A DNA stretch of 64,000 nt, taken from the IMG/VR virus record IMGVR_UViG_3300027969_000088. One strand, given 5' to 3'. Position 1 is the first letter of the stretch. The number at the start of each line of letters is the position of its first letter. A model generated the notes under the pieces. It had not been told where the DNA came from. It made no database searches and saw only the letters and a list, made by a program, of their open reading frames with translations. This document shows, piece by piece, positions 31,301-39,954 of the stretch. Source of the stretch: an uncultured virus (IMG/VR IMGVR_UViG_3300027969_000088) (Duplodnaviria; Heunggongvirae; Uroviricota; Caudoviricetes). Position numbers and translations under genes: made by a program.

Positions 31301-32083
31301 ACTTTCTAATAAATTTTGACTTTGTTCAACTGGCTTAGGTTTGTTTAACTCGGTTAAACTTTCAGTTAATGTAAACTCTTTAAAAGGTGCTCCTTTTTGA
31401 ATTGGGGCAAAATTAATTGCTTGAGTACCTTCGCCTTTTGGTTTTATCTCAATGTTGTTATTGTTAATATTAACATTGAATTTTTTATTTGCTGTTTTTA
31501 CTATGGCATCTAAATCTTCTTGAGCATTAGGGTCAGATTTAAATTGTTTATATAATTGTACAAAATTATCTGTTTTATCCTTTAGTAAATTTAAATTTAC
31601 ATTAGGCTGAGCTAATAAATTTTGTATCTCTCCATATAAGGTTTGATACTGATTCTTCATAGAACCAGTATATGGCATTTGTCCTACAGACTTTATAATA
31701 CCATTTGTCGGGGTAGGTTTTGGTATTGATGGACCAGTAGAATTTTCAAATCCTACACTCATCAAATTATTGTTTTCTTGTTGACTTACATTTCCAGCGT
31801 TTTCTGGTAAATTCGCTTGGGTTTGGTCCACCACATTTTCAGTCTGTCCACCCGAAAGAGATTGAAAAGAAGAACTTTCTTCTGCGAGGTTTTGAATAAT
31901 CGGTTGGTCTTTTTTTTTTAAATATTCTGAGGCCGATTTCACTCCGAATAAATCTTCAAGTTGTTTATCTGCCTCTGGGGCACTAGTAATAAACTCTTGA
32001 AAATCTTCTTTGTTGTTAAAGTACTGACCGAAATCAGGTTTTTGGCTTAACTCGCCATACAGTTCTTCAAAATTTTCTGCCAT
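22319..32083 (-). CDS. giant virion cargo / polyvalent protein (zincin protease, ART-like, SAM-methyltransferase, kinase-like domains)
   Basis: HEVSH at aa ~1166 with downstream EEF; VYHGG...LYVASD...A..FA (ART-like); VLDYGAGLG...YDAVVSLNVLNV (MTase); GMESKV...DDIHEKN...IFDP (kinase-like). Confidence 0.85.
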   Translation of the reverse strand: MAENFEELYGELSQKPDFGQYFNNKEDFQEFITSAPEADKQLEDLFGVKSASEYLKKKDQPIIQNLAEESSSFQSLSGGQTENVVDQTQANLPENAGNVSQQENNNLMSVGFENSTGPSIPKPTPTNGIIKSVGQMPYTGSMKNQYQTLYGEIQNLLAQPNVNLNLLKDKTDNFVQLYKQFKSDPNAQEDLDAIVKTANKKFNVNINNNNIEIKPKGEGTQAINFAPIQKGAPFKEFTLTESLTELNKPKPVEQSQNLLESYVRNYSAYQDLSIATSSDRRFDVEGDLNIAGNQFDQIITPEINKILKSSNFNLPVNFYDNPALTTITTESINNVGKITKTSSKGLNPNRQLAGDYGLVMLDDANNPKINPIYIEDQVDKYLNAPMGFIKDETLKRLDMSKEDVIAIIKPRMIRLLSQRAEENLIENIVEKKVNDKNIFAEDISRANLDFEKDIKQLVFDKNKVLNSYSLSLANDFEQTMKKAAEASKQSVNLSYQTYLSFSQTPNITPEQNAAEYAKYVNFVKEENDKNEKLKNDLKKAAEEKYTQYQIQLDGQSEKDFEKLQKKYGVAHDANEEGARVTTAAYRKYRDAYRDAYDDFAIDEERNSSNLGWRIVDIIQGRAADNFENAIQSISAAVGYENNPLTGLLKHLQLVQKKSEVHISPFDKVLEVEGLLSTAALKNVVQNLAMQTVNYAPAMAATLLGGSAYVGGSIGFAQDTWDQTGQNYKNAFKRTGSVADAENAAAESLRVQLLLAPTYVAEMLPFTKGFLGKLGKGVGIGGIAKKFGAGTTFELLTEGAQELPQSYLEYKYTTENPDGFWDWTSKNGMSTMINITPTVMVLGGGSAMMETYREKQVEIAKNRVLNKLKDSGLSQMVSDAMQIIGEKGVGFIPEMLYRTGQIDANELADMRKAFDEVIKTFPAAKEIIENPDHQKYYLALASKKAKLQKASDAQTDENLKNAIDSQIKSLDKKMSDIPNGKNLNYTKITFDNKQSIIVDDTDLIASLNDEKFANDLLDGKIKVETQNQEITKGLEEFKKQMTENDTKVVSGPQIVTGLSTKASKTGAIVKDEEKLNLIADNARAAGQQNADVILDDAKRLQGVLDEATPGVNIVLLNTNDFNETMTSLDTKKNRNGNITISFNEKTGKFQAQIQINMDTANSTTIGHEVSHVLLLNSLGQNPELFNRMKESLQNVLASQVGEKNLANLNSLVEEYRDNQKGEEFLVELAALMSRDGKKLDLSTIDKIAKAISDFVAYVSKGRVQIFNSINNRKDFIEYMNDLSDTLASGQVTGKLKTNRQTEKTNKGSKETKAKGKITNKAQNDFNLNETIPVYHGGNFDNEGNNLYVASDRRQAKEFANMNYGKVSKFFINPIEMASEDLVRKTINDLGLKPREEGWTTDELGIHELLDPRFETSINEKDVEALIEKLKSQGYTGIAFKDEDILQENKIGVDNFLIFNKDSLFDSEDKVTKELKTNKLRDNFGSSVTLNDLLNKKPRIDNTINKGQIAAEKSSGTTQRANTVASYNKVANIIADVKGDVLDYGAGLGLGVDVLGSKLGRTIDSYEPNTERWQGKEKPTFTASDQINKKYDAVVSLNVLNVVPKDVRDAIVQDIYDKLNEGGKAVISTRKWAGDIQPTKGGKPGLESKSYKIESTGAYQKGFDGNELLEYIQDRLGPSAVVEKNNTFGAIGVTITKPVSTTTIINKGQLKNTLLIDENGNERQLGTLAEQQLSPQANKYSIGNVGKEAFNELGRFSKEFNTGTRASEQTIREQENHLEDWAKKNGIWINNVENLFPAPEYEIKQGMESKVWLGEGCKYVFKNTIANLYKRGFDYDFYRFAAHNLMFSNTAYEIVGFSRSDLNGKNQLSFVTKQPALSISFREYSSFSLSDMQELAKEITKQSGFEAKVFSKNGAHHVTITQKGLIVDDIHEKNAAEDADGETKIFDPYITIKDINDPDSFFAKHLKPIIDGYKNKGQLNYSNIGSEYHRAMMQSNNNKISSYMALINKGYTPKHIKEQIGLANFDENSFKQAQAKIAMETMTKVHDVFFDRQKYIKQQITNNLGQLGLIYEDLIADGMEHNGVMVNFSPLEIFKAVTDMDYMSNAELIDIFGAEYRETVKNALDANKEFPTDFMEDLEQDVKNLKVEQTAADVSNVLRQTGIGLVDSAVTMDLFLDYLATNGFDQIAIELTNAVKKFSQDRNLVDKTLDWADQVRSGKVGDNLYNPESIVYAFQVSSQLFSQAGRILQMARSFSEKNILSVLERAIENNGVVLTEKQKETLNSLANDYKTSQQRNKKALEELHTDWSDNAFDTYWASEKAIGDATIRLAQFLDARKPIFWNERITSGGSRALLGISTTVLSLVANVENNLWTTNYAARGIQKLRDSVGRGIKGNTLSFSNWKMARQLTSDRIHYTQQNNFKYGALNTSKGLNRYYDNLAQVNFFKDPAWAFNFMNVMIRKTTGKSLSEMTMEEQADALDLTLTKLKDGTIELRDGKDYTLARSLAWSFGLGPVSAVVGGNASMLLASAGPATSEFVGRVMAYGGDIAFGQMAAQRAMIDYFQNIEGTNYQGGVFDNMIKDAKGNLDKNAIRSLSTILYNMPELYETFEKEGLKRTLLADNLISGGISTIRGSLRKGIKNAYIANRANTSGTGIFSEAKRQFTALGISKNLLQILDAGLWTLMPFTKVPVNFLGSAIAKTVPHIASAKYIFSEGYYQYKYFQFHSSDKWGKGIPKLNSERKRLQYEKDKIELFAAKRQTTHDAAQMATSFAIYGFAMSAVKCGAVMASGQEPEKEKNLKNINLRGGIYNATLHYEYLAEQAKNAAKTGLNFFGGDYKTRGTDYFIARRGGFALPGDVILNTNNAGFVGYAMNLYGSTHNANRKAYQDSMTELVDDAKNGIGFMFQNTLSNGIETLPMFQGLARIGQLLSDFKDPEASKGAWENFASGTLSTSMAVFFPSFYSFMYKGNAQMVQNSNEIFSEREGDTWPAVFGRTITKTVQKLNRNISFNESTRNEFFKEAIGPFGEDLSTRVTIADPDGDYSAVAYLQAIFDPFAIHDHTTPVLLRNKEKQIYLESSKLYSGLIDFALMYEQMSGKNYEWQWNKKTRPIDQIIANPLKNDFQMLEKTTIDGYDSENVPKFIGYSLPNDLYRQELRLRGEFMRTSLRSYGDEIIDIKAKIKTNIEDGDVEGAKNKIITLFEQFQKTQKAANDSYMKEYYTQRQKKYLIIMKERGLITPDMMVKLKRVGIADENGLIP

Positions 32084-32086
32084 TTT

Positions 32087-33634
32087 TTATTTTTTAACGT
32101 ATTGTTTTACTAAATTATTTATTTGATCAAGACTTGTAAATGTTTTTCCTTGGAGTGCATTAGTTGCTTTGGTTGCTTTTTCTTTCATAATATTCAAATA
32201 AGTTCCCATTTGTTGTAAGTTCCATTTATTACCAGCCAATTTAGCATAAGAATAATTTTCCAAAGGAGTATAATAAGTTCCTCCCGGATGACTAAACTCA
32301 ACAAATGGAGCAACTCCTTTTATTAGAGCAAACTCATTTGCGTGAGCAATAATTTTATCTCCGTTTACTAGTTTATAAGGTAAAGTACGAACACGATCTA
32401 TTTGAACATCTTCTTTAGTACCGTTTAAACTATTTCCATAAGAATCAGTAAATAAGTTACTAGGATCAATTTTTACTGGTCCTACTTGAATATCTTCAGC
32501 AGAATAACTAGGTAAACCTAATTTTGTCTTTCTCTGTTCTGTAGTAGTTTTTTTATTGTTTACTTTTTCCCCAGGGGTTTTTAAATCAACTATTTCTAAA
32601 TTATCAGTTGGTGTAACTGGATCTTGTAAAGTTCCAGGATTTATTACACTAAAATTATTACCTTTTTTCTCTTGAATTAATTTTCCTTTTAATTCAGGAT
32701 TAGAGAATTGAGAAACTGACATCATTAAAGCATTTTTCGCTTTGGTAAAATCTTCTTCGGTATAAGTACCATCTTCTTGAGGTACTATATTTAATCTTGC
32801 ATTGGCCGATACCTGCTGAACAACCTCTGGATTCAAAGTCATATAATCTATAACTTCATCTTCAATTGACCTAGGTCTACCATCTAAATATAAACCTTTA
32901 TTTTTTGGATCGGTATAAGCACTTTCAGCATCAGCTATAGTCAATGGTCTAACAGATTGTGTTTGTAATTCTTTAGCACCATATGCGTCTGGAATAGAAA
33001 CAACATTTCGTCCTAAAATAGTCTTACCTAATTTTTGTACTTTATCTGCCAAATCTTTTTGATATGGAATAGCATCGACTGCATTCAACACTGGTAAACC
33101 TTCAGGAGTTATACCAAAGTAATTATCCATACTATTAGGATTTTGGTCTTTATATTTCAAAAGATCCTCACGAGATTTTGCGTTTTTGTAAACATTTAAA
33201 AACGGTTGTAAATGTTCTCCGGTAAATTTCTTTTTACCATCTACAAATTTAACATCTTCGTCAAACTTGCTATAAATTCTAGAAAAACTTTTTAGTTCTC
33301 CCATCTTTTGGTCTACATTTAACATCAATTCTCCTAATTGATTTGTGCCATAGGGACTACCAGAAGATTGTATGTCTGAAATAGATTGGATAGTACTTTC
33401 TAAAAGCTTTCTTGCCTCTGGCATAACCAAAGGATGCAGAGCATCTTTCTGACGAAATAACTCAAAAACCTTTTCTTTATCTTTATCTTCTTTTGTTTTT
33501 GCCGCTACTCCAGCTTTTAATTGTCTATTTTTTTCTGCTTCGCCAGCTCTAAAAGACATTTCACCGAGTTTTTCAGCAAACTGGTTTCTACCTTGTAAGC
33601 TTATCGCTTCCCCTATTGATGGTGCTTCTGCCAT
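32087..33634 (-). CDS. virion cargo/ejection protein
   Basis: 515-aa ORF between the small cargo gene and the giant protein. Confidence 0.65.
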   Translation of the reverse strand: MAEAPSIGEAISLQGRNQFAEKLGEMSFRAGEAEKNRQLKAGVAAKTKEDKDKEKVFELFRQKDALHPLVMPEARKLLESTIQSISDIQSSGSPYGTNQLGELMLNVDQKMGELKSFSRIYSKFDEDVKFVDGKKKFTGEHLQPFLNVYKNAKSREDLLKYKDQNPNSMDNYFGITPEGLPVLNAVDAIPYQKDLADKVQKLGKTILGRNVVSIPDAYGAKELQTQSVRPLTIADAESAYTDPKNKGLYLDGRPRSIEDEVIDYMTLNPEVVQQVSANARLNIVPQEDGTYTEEDFTKAKNALMMSVSQFSNPELKGKLIQEKKGNNFSVINPGTLQDPVTPTDNLEIVDLKTPGEKVNNKKTTTEQRKTKLGLPSYSAEDIQVGPVKIDPSNLFTDSYGNSLNGTKEDVQIDRVRTLPYKLVNGDKIIAHANEFALIKGVAPFVEFSHPGGTYYTPLENYSYAKLAGNKWNLQQMGTYLNIMKEKATKATNALQGKTFTSLDQINNLVKQYVKK

Positions 33635-33636
33635 TG

Positions 33637-34545
33637 TTAATATTGTTTAAACATAGAACCGATTCCTTTTTTACCACCCATTGAATATGGTAAATTTAGC
33701 AAATTAGGAGAAGTTTCTTCGTAGTCATTAAACTCACCTGCTAAATCTACATTTGTTCCTCCCATTGTTGGTGGTAAATTATTAGGATTTGTTCTATTAA
33801 AATTTAATCTTTGACTTCCTCCCATAGATAATGGTAAATTATAAGCAATACTTTTTGCGATTTTTGGCATATTTAAATTTCCAAAACTACCACCAAAGGT
33901 ATATGGACTATTGTTTGCGGTAGTACTTGCATCAGTATTTTTAGCAGTACTTCCAGCATCATTATCCACTCCGTTTACTTTTGCATATAAATCACGATCT
34001 TTTTGTGCTTCTGATAATTTCATATTCATCATTGCAAAACCACTAGCCGCACCTAAAGCATCTTGAAAACCTTGTTGTTTTGCTAAACCATAACCTTTCA
34101 GCATTTCTTGTCTTTGGTTTATATCAACACCAATATCTCTTTGTTGCAAACCACTAAGTTCTCTATTTGTTCCAATCATACCTTGCATACCTTGTCTTTG
34201 AGCAGCCTCATTTTGTGCCGCTAAACTCAAAGCAAAATTTGCATTATTTACTCCTGCCATTCTAGAAAGAGCATTTGACATTTGTCCTCCTGACATATCA
34301 TTTGCCGCTCTTTGATTAGATAATTGAGACATAGCAAAATTTTGATTGGCTAAAGCTTTTGATGCTGGAGTTAATCCTTGTCTATATTGTTTTTCTTGCA
34401 ATGCTCTATTCTGTATTAAAGGATTAGCAGCATCCATAAAACGAGCTTGTCGTTGTTTATTTAAAGCATCTAAACCTTGTTGTGCTTTAATACCTCTGTA
34501 AAGTCCGTAGAGTCCTTGAGCTCCTGCTATAATTGCTGGTAACAT
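33637..34545 (-). CDS. virion cargo/ejection protein (pilot-like)
   Basis: N-terminal Gly/Ala hydrophobic helix, Q/N/A-rich coiled region. Confidence 0.7.
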   Translation of the reverse strand: MLPAIIAGAQGLYGLYRGIKAQQGLDALNKQRQARFMDAANPLIQNRALQEKQYRQGLTPASKALANQNFAMSQLSNQRAANDMSGGQMSNALSRMAGVNNANFALSLAAQNEAAQRQGMQGMIGTNRELSGLQQRDIGVDINQRQEMLKGYGLAKQQGFQDALGAASGFAMMNMKLSEAQKDRDLYAKVNGVDNDAGSTAKNTDASTTANNSPYTFGGSFGNLNMPKIAKSIAYNLPLSMGGSQRLNFNRTNPNNLPPTMGGTNVDLAGEFNDYEETSPNLLNLPYSMGGKKGIGSMFKQY

Positions 34546-34568
34546 ATATTTACAAATTTAGTTAATTA

Positions 34569-37500
34569 TTATTGATTATACAAACGAGGCATTGCTCTAA
34601 ACTTAACTATAGCATTAATAAGCTTTTGACCTACAGATGTACTCTTCAAGTTAATTTTAATTTTAAGCCAACGTCCCCATAGTCTACTAGTATCGTTGGA
34701 GTTTACTCCTGTTCCAGTAGAATCATTTTTTATATTGCTGTAATACAAATCTTCTCTCAAATCAAAATCATTTTGTACTAAGAAAGAAATGTGGTTCTTA
34801 GTTGTAAAGTTCGCAGCAAATGGTTTTTGTTCACTTGCTATTTGTAATGCTTCATAGTTCTTTGATATGTTAGGCTCGTAGTTCATTACCATTTCTATAT
34901 TTGCATCTTGTGCTGTTCCATAGAATGTACTTTCTGAGCCTGAATCATGTAAAAATAATTGATTTAAAGCAGAAGGATTTACACTAAAGAAATTGTTATT
35001 GTAAGGAATATAAAGATTTGGAAAATAAGTATGAAAACAAACAAATCCATTTTTTAATTCATCATAAACTAAGGTAAATTGTTTATTAGATACACCATCA
35101 TTATATTTAAAAGTAAAAATGGCTTCAGAATATTTATCATTCCAAATACCATGAACTCCTTTAGCGGATAATGGAAAATATTCATTGGAAATATATTTTC
35201 CATTATTTAATAAATAACTCATTAACCCTTTATCACTTATTACTCTTGTTCCGTCTTGACCAAAACGAATTATTTTTTGTAATCTATCGTTATACCAATA
35301 TATCGATTGCTTTCCAGCTGAATTTTTTCCTATAATTATACTAGTCTTTTTTGATGTGCCAATATTACTAATTTCTTCTCCTCTAGAAGACAGAATTGAT
35401 CCTGATCCGATAACAATATCAGATCCTGTTTGACCATTCAATAAACTAGGGTCTCTAAAATATTGTCTTTGAAAACTAAATTCTTGCCAAGTATAAAAAT
35501 TATTATTTATAATTTCATGATGTGAAATTTCTCCATTTGCTAAGTCTAAATCGCTAAAACTGCTTGGTTCAAAAAGCATAAAGTTATTTTTTATACTACC
35601 TATAGTTTTTTTACTACTCCAAACAATTCTAGTTGGAAATTTATAGTCTGTTAAATTATTATCATAATAATACCCTAATTCACCAAATAATATATTACTC
35701 GGTGTATATCCATCATCATAGTTATTTTGATTTGATGCTTCAAATGGCACTTCTAACCAATAAAGTGCTTTGCTTCCTATTGTACCTTGACCATATGTTC
35801 CTGCTGCTCTAGGGTTAACATATTGAGGAAATGCATATCCACTACCACCTTGATCATTTCCATCCCATTCTACAACATTAAACATTTGAGTATTTAATAC
35901 ATTTTGAGAATAAAAACTCCAACCAGATGCTTGTCCTGTAGGAGTAGAAGTATTATTAAATCGAGTTGATTGAAGTTTTAAATGTGATTTTTGATTAAAT
36001 GTGTCACCTCCAAAAACAGATACATTGTTTTTTACTCCATTATCAGCGTCTAATAAAATATAATATTGCCCTGTAGAATAGTATGTTGTATTTTCAGTAT
36101 TTGGTGGATATTTTTTATTGGCTTTTAAATCTCTAAATATTTGGGTATAATAATGACCATATTCATTTGCATTTAGAGGCGCACTTAAAGCAGGAATTGG
36201 GCTTGGTAATTTAAATCCATATGCAGCAGTAAATACCTCAGCACTACCAGCATCTGTATTTAAAGCGAAATTGTCTCCGGGAACTAGATTAGGATATTCA
36301 CCAGCAGAATTGATTTCTCCTCCTTTCACTGGGGTAACTGTACTAAAACTCAAAGAAACTGCATTTCGATCATAAAAATAACCTGGAAAATCTTGATATT
36401 TACTTAAACCAGATGCTCTACTTATACCACTTGCTTGTACCATATTTGTACGATCAAAAGGGTATGAAATTTTTAATTGGTCTCCGCTTTCATAAGTGTA
36501 ATCTCTTCCAAAATAAAAATCAGCAGAAAAGAAAAAAGTTCTTTGTGAAGGAGTAGTTCCACCAAGAAGAATACCATTGTTAAATACACCTAAAGGAGTG
36601 TACCAAGTGCCCCCTGATGTTTTTGCTCCTGTCGTACTTCTAAATAATAAACCAGTAGCCAAAACTTCTGGGATACGTTCTGCTCTTACAATTTTATAAG
36701 AACTTATCAAATCAGAAACTCTAACTCCGTTTGTTTTTACTGCATCGCTATAGTCTAAATTGATATTATGGAATCTTGGATAATAAACTTTAGTATACGC
36801 AGCATCGCTAGTAGTAAGATTTATATCTAAAGTTGCTATATTTACAGAACCAGTTCCTGATGTTCCTAAAGAAACAACTGTTGGAGAAGTAAAATATGTA
36901 TCGCTTAATTGAAAAGTATTTGTAGTAACTGATGTTGCGTAATAAACTTTACCAGATGTAACTCCACTCAAGCCTGTCAATACAGTTACAACAACTTCGT
37001 CTCCTTCTTGAAACATATGGTTAGTTAATGTAATGGTATTTGTTCCTACATCTACAGAAGTAATTGTTCCACCTAGCATTGTTCTCCTTGTTCCTATTAC
37101 ATTAGTAGTACTAGAATCAAATCTAATATCCTCTAACCAATAAGGAGAACTCCATTTATTTGTTTTTTTCCACTTTACTTGAATACCAAAACGATAAGTA
37201 TCATTGAACATATAACCCGTGTAATTCATTACGTTCATAGGATCTTGGTATTCTCCAAATTTATAAGCAGGTTCTCCTTTAGTTGACAATGAACCAATTC
37301 CACCTAAACCTGTTATATATTTTTGATGTAAAGAATGGTTTATTACTGAGGCCCAATCTCTTAAATCAAATTCTTTTTCTTGAGAAATATTACTTAAAAC
37401 TAATCTATTATCAAAAAGTTTTAAATTTTTAGCTGATGCATAAGATTGTTTTAATGCTAATAACTCTGGAATACTAAGTACAATGTTATCATCACCAATA

Positions 37501-38792
37501 CCAGTATGTTCAATTTTTAATTCAGTTTGTGATTCTCCTAATTTAAATCTTCTAATAATTTTTGGAGTAAATGCTTTACCACCATATTCAATTACAGTTA
37601 ATTCAAAATAACTATATATACCAGGAGTAAAATTTTTAACTTGGAGTTTAATTCCTTTATTTGTTATAGTTCCTGTTTCATCTCCTGCTATACTCGATGC
37701 TTTTAATGTTTTTGCGCTGTAAACATTAATAGGATTGGTTGGATATAAAAATTCTGTTGCAGAAAAATCATTCATAATAAATCTACCAGAATATCTTTTA
37801 TTACCAGAGGGTAGTCTTCCTAACCCTTCTACAACTTCAATATTATCTATATAAATATTTTCTAAACCTTTAAATACAGCACTTTCAAAATTAATTGTAT
37901 CTAATTCATAAAAACCACCTTCTGTATATGAAAATCCATTTAGTGTTCTTTTTAGTGTTTTTTTCAATCGTAAAGAACGTACAGGATTTAAGTTATCTGT
38001 CCAATAAAAATTAATGTAGTCATTAATTTCTTCAAGATCAACATCTAATATTTTAGTTTGAAAAAAAGTAAGTTTTTTAGAACGCAATAAAGTTACATAT
38101 GCGTAACCAGCACCACTAGGGTACACAACACCAATTTCACTAACTTGCGAACTACCATCAGAATTGGTTAAACTACCAGCAGAATAAACAAACAAGTCAT
38201 CTCCCAATTGTTTAGATCCAATAACACTAAAAGAACCACCTGTAGCAATGTATTCGGTTTTTACTTTTATAGAACATAATTCTGCTGTAATATTTTGTAC
38301 TGTCAAAACAAAATCTGTATCTAAAGAAGTGCTTAAATCAAAATAACCAGTATAAGTTCCAGTTGGCTCAAATGGATTAACACCAGGGTATGTAAAGTTT
38401 CCTCCATACGCACTATTAGCCAAGGTATTTAAATATCCTTTTAAAGCACTCGCATAACCACTTAAAGAAGTACCTCCTAAATTCAAATTAGCATTTGTGA
38501 AATAAACATTACTATTAGTTTTTAAAATTAAAGTACCTTCGTTTGCAGTTACAGCACCACTAGCAATATCTGTTACATCAAAAAATATTCTATATAACTT
38601 ATTTGTTGACGTATAATTTGATACACTCGCACTTAACGAATTTCCATTAATCGGCATAATACCTGCAAAGTTTCCACCATCTGTTTGACGATGGCGAATA
38701 TTATTTGCATCAGTATAGTTACCTTGATTGATATAAGATACGTCAGTATCTTTATCCATTATTCCAGATGGAGTTACTCTTATCTGAGCCAT
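34569..38792 (-). CDS. tail muzzle / stabilization protein (P22 gp10-like, crAss-type)
   Basis: GIMDKD...YTDANNIR start; YWTDNLNPVR; YRFGIQ; C-terminal SRLWGRWLKIKI. Confidence 0.85.
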   Translation of the reverse strand: MAQIRVTPSGIMDKDTDVSYINQGNYTDANNIRHRQTDGGNFAGIMPINGNSLSASVSNYTSTNKLYRIFFDVTDIASGAVTANEGTLILKTNSNVYFTNANLNLGGTSLSGYASALKGYLNTLANSAYGGNFTYPGVNPFEPTGTYTGYFDLSTSLDTDFVLTVQNITAELCSIKVKTEYIATGGSFSVIGSKQLGDDLFVYSAGSLTNSDGSSQVSEIGVVYPSGAGYAYVTLLRSKKLTFFQTKILDVDLEEINDYINFYWTDNLNPVRSLRLKKTLKRTLNGFSYTEGGFYELDTINFESAVFKGLENIYIDNIEVVEGLGRLPSGNKRYSGRFIMNDFSATEFLYPTNPINVYSAKTLKASSIAGDETGTITNKGIKLQVKNFTPGIYSYFELTVIEYGGKAFTPKIIRRFKLGESQTELKIEHTGIGDDNIVLSIPELLALKQSYASAKNLKLFDNRLVLSNISQEKEFDLRDWASVINHSLHQKYITGLGGIGSLSTKGEPAYKFGEYQDPMNVMNYTGYMFNDTYRFGIQVKWKKTNKWSSPYWLEDIRFDSSTTNVIGTRRTMLGGTITSVDVGTNTITLTNHMFQEGDEVVVTVLTGLSGVTSGKVYYATSVTTNTFQLSDTYFTSPTVVSLGTSGTGSVNIATLDINLTTSDAAYTKVYYPRFHNINLDYSDAVKTNGVRVSDLISSYKIVRAERIPEVLATGLLFRSTTGAKTSGGTWYTPLGVFNNGILLGGTTPSQRTFFFSADFYFGRDYTYESGDQLKISYPFDRTNMVQASGISRASGLSKYQDFPGYFYDRNAVSLSFSTVTPVKGGEINSAGEYPNLVPGDNFALNTDAGSAEVFTAAYGFKLPSPIPALSAPLNANEYGHYYTQIFRDLKANKKYPPNTENTTYYSTGQYYILLDADNGVKNNVSVFGGDTFNQKSHLKLQSTRFNNTSTPTGQASGWSFYSQNVLNTQMFNVVEWDGNDQGGSGYAFPQYVNPRAAGTYGQGTIGSKALYWLEVPFEASNQNNYDDGYTPSNILFGELGYYYDNNLTDYKFPTRIVWSSKKTIGSIKNNFMLFEPSSFSDLDLANGEISHHEIINNNFYTWQEFSFQRQYFRDPSLLNGQTGSDIVIGSGSILSSRGEEISNIGTSKKTSIIIGKNSAGKQSIYWYNDRLQKIIRFGQDGTRVISDKGLMSYLLNNGKYISNEYFPLSAKGVHGIWNDKYSEAIFTFKYNDGVSNKQFTLVYDELKNGFVCFHTYFPNLYIPYNNNFFSVNPSALNQLFLHDSGSESTFYGTAQDANIEMVMNYEPNISKNYEALQIASEQKPFAANFTTKNHISFLVQNDFDLREDLYYSNIKNDSTGTGVNSNDTSRLWGRWLKIKINLKSTSVGQKLINAIVKFRAMPRLYNQ

Positions 38793-39316
38793 TAAGTATT
38801 TGCTAATTTTTGTGTTTGAAATTCACGTTGATAATTTTGAATTATAGCAACGCCAAAGTCTTTAAAGTATCTACGGGTGTATTTCCATCCGATGTAAGCA
38901 ACAAGCATGCGTTCCCAGTCTTCAGGAAGTATTAGTGAACCATGTTCATCTGTTCTGAGACCGTAGTATTTAAAAACTACTTTTGTACCATCGGCAACCA
39001 TTTTAATCATCTCTCCGTTAACCAAAGCAGGATAGTTTCTAAAAATTAATGTTTCGCCTTGAATTGTATAGTCAACATCTGGACAATATTTTTCTCCAGA
39101 CACACAAAGATAAACTCCGATTATGCTATTGACATCGACTGGAATAGTCGCTTTGTTGTCATAAATCGTAAGGCTCTCTTGTTTTTCAATAAGTTTATTT
39201 CTTGTCTTATGTGAACGCATCGCTTGGTTGATTAGTACCTCAAACCACAAAGCATTATTCTCATAACTACAATTCAACTCTTCACAAGCAGCTGCTATAA
39301 TGTCATCTATTTTCAT
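38792..39316 (-). CDS. tail ring / tubular protein
   Basis: YYGLRTDEHGSLILPE...AYIGWK. Confidence 0.7.
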   Translation of the reverse strand: MKIDDIIAAACEELNCSYENNALWFEVLINQAMRSHKTRNKLIEKQESLTIYDNKATIPVDVNSIIGVYLCVSGEKYCPDVDYTIQGETLIFRNYPALVNGEMIKMVADGTKVVFKYYGLRTDEHGSLILPEDWERMLVAYIGWKYTRRYFKDFGVAIIQNYQREFQTQKLANT

Positions 39317-39954
39317 TATTTTGGTATTCTTGTAATATTATCTGTTCCTGATTCTGCAAGACGATTTGTTTTTCTAAACAAGTCTCCAGTTACGTATTCA
39401 ACAATATCATGTTTTAAATTTGTATCAACAGGATAGTGATCAAGCACTTTATCAAAATTAGGAATAGTAGTTGGATTATTAAACATACCCCTAACTTGAA
39501 CGTATTGTAATTTAGAATTATTGTAAAATATTAAAGAAATTTTACCTTGAGTCAAGTGTTTAAAATCCCACATAACTTCTTTTTTCTTAAAAAATAAAGA
39601 GTGTCTAGTGAGTGTTGTAAACCCTTTTCTGATTCTAACAAAAGGCTTTAGTCCATTTGCATGACCTACATACACAAAACCATCGTTCTGACCATCTGTA
39701 GTAATTACATTTGGACATTCAAATAATACTACATCACAATTCTTTTCTGTATCACTAAAACGGATATCTATTGTTTGTACCCACGCATCATTGATAAACT
39801 TACCTACTTTAATTAAGTAACTAGAAATTAAATGTGCTCTAGCAGAGTGTATTTTGGTTTCAATATATTCATCATCGAAACGAGTTTCATTGTAAGTCAT
39901 ACCACTTAACAAGTCACTTTTTATTTCATCTACGATTTCTTGTAAGTAAATCAT
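39316..39954 (-). CDS. tail ring protein
   Basis: VQVRGMFNNP...DHYPVD. Confidence 0.7.
   Translation of the reverse strand: MIYLQEIVDEIKSDLLSGMTYNETRFDDEYIETKIHSARAHLISSYLIKVGKFINDAWVQTIDIRFSDTEKNCDVVLFECPNVITTDGQNDGFVYVGHANGLKPFVRIRKGFTTLTRHSLFFKKKEVMWDFKHLTQGKISLIFYNNSKLQYVQVRGMFNNPTTIPNFDKVLDHYPVDTNLKHDIVEYVTGDLFRKTNRLAESGTDNITRIPK

Noticed and set aside
22319..32083. Virion RNA polymerase in the giant cargo protein
   Set aside because: No DxDxD/DFDID catalytic motif found by eye; the recognisable domains are protease, ART, MTase and kinase types
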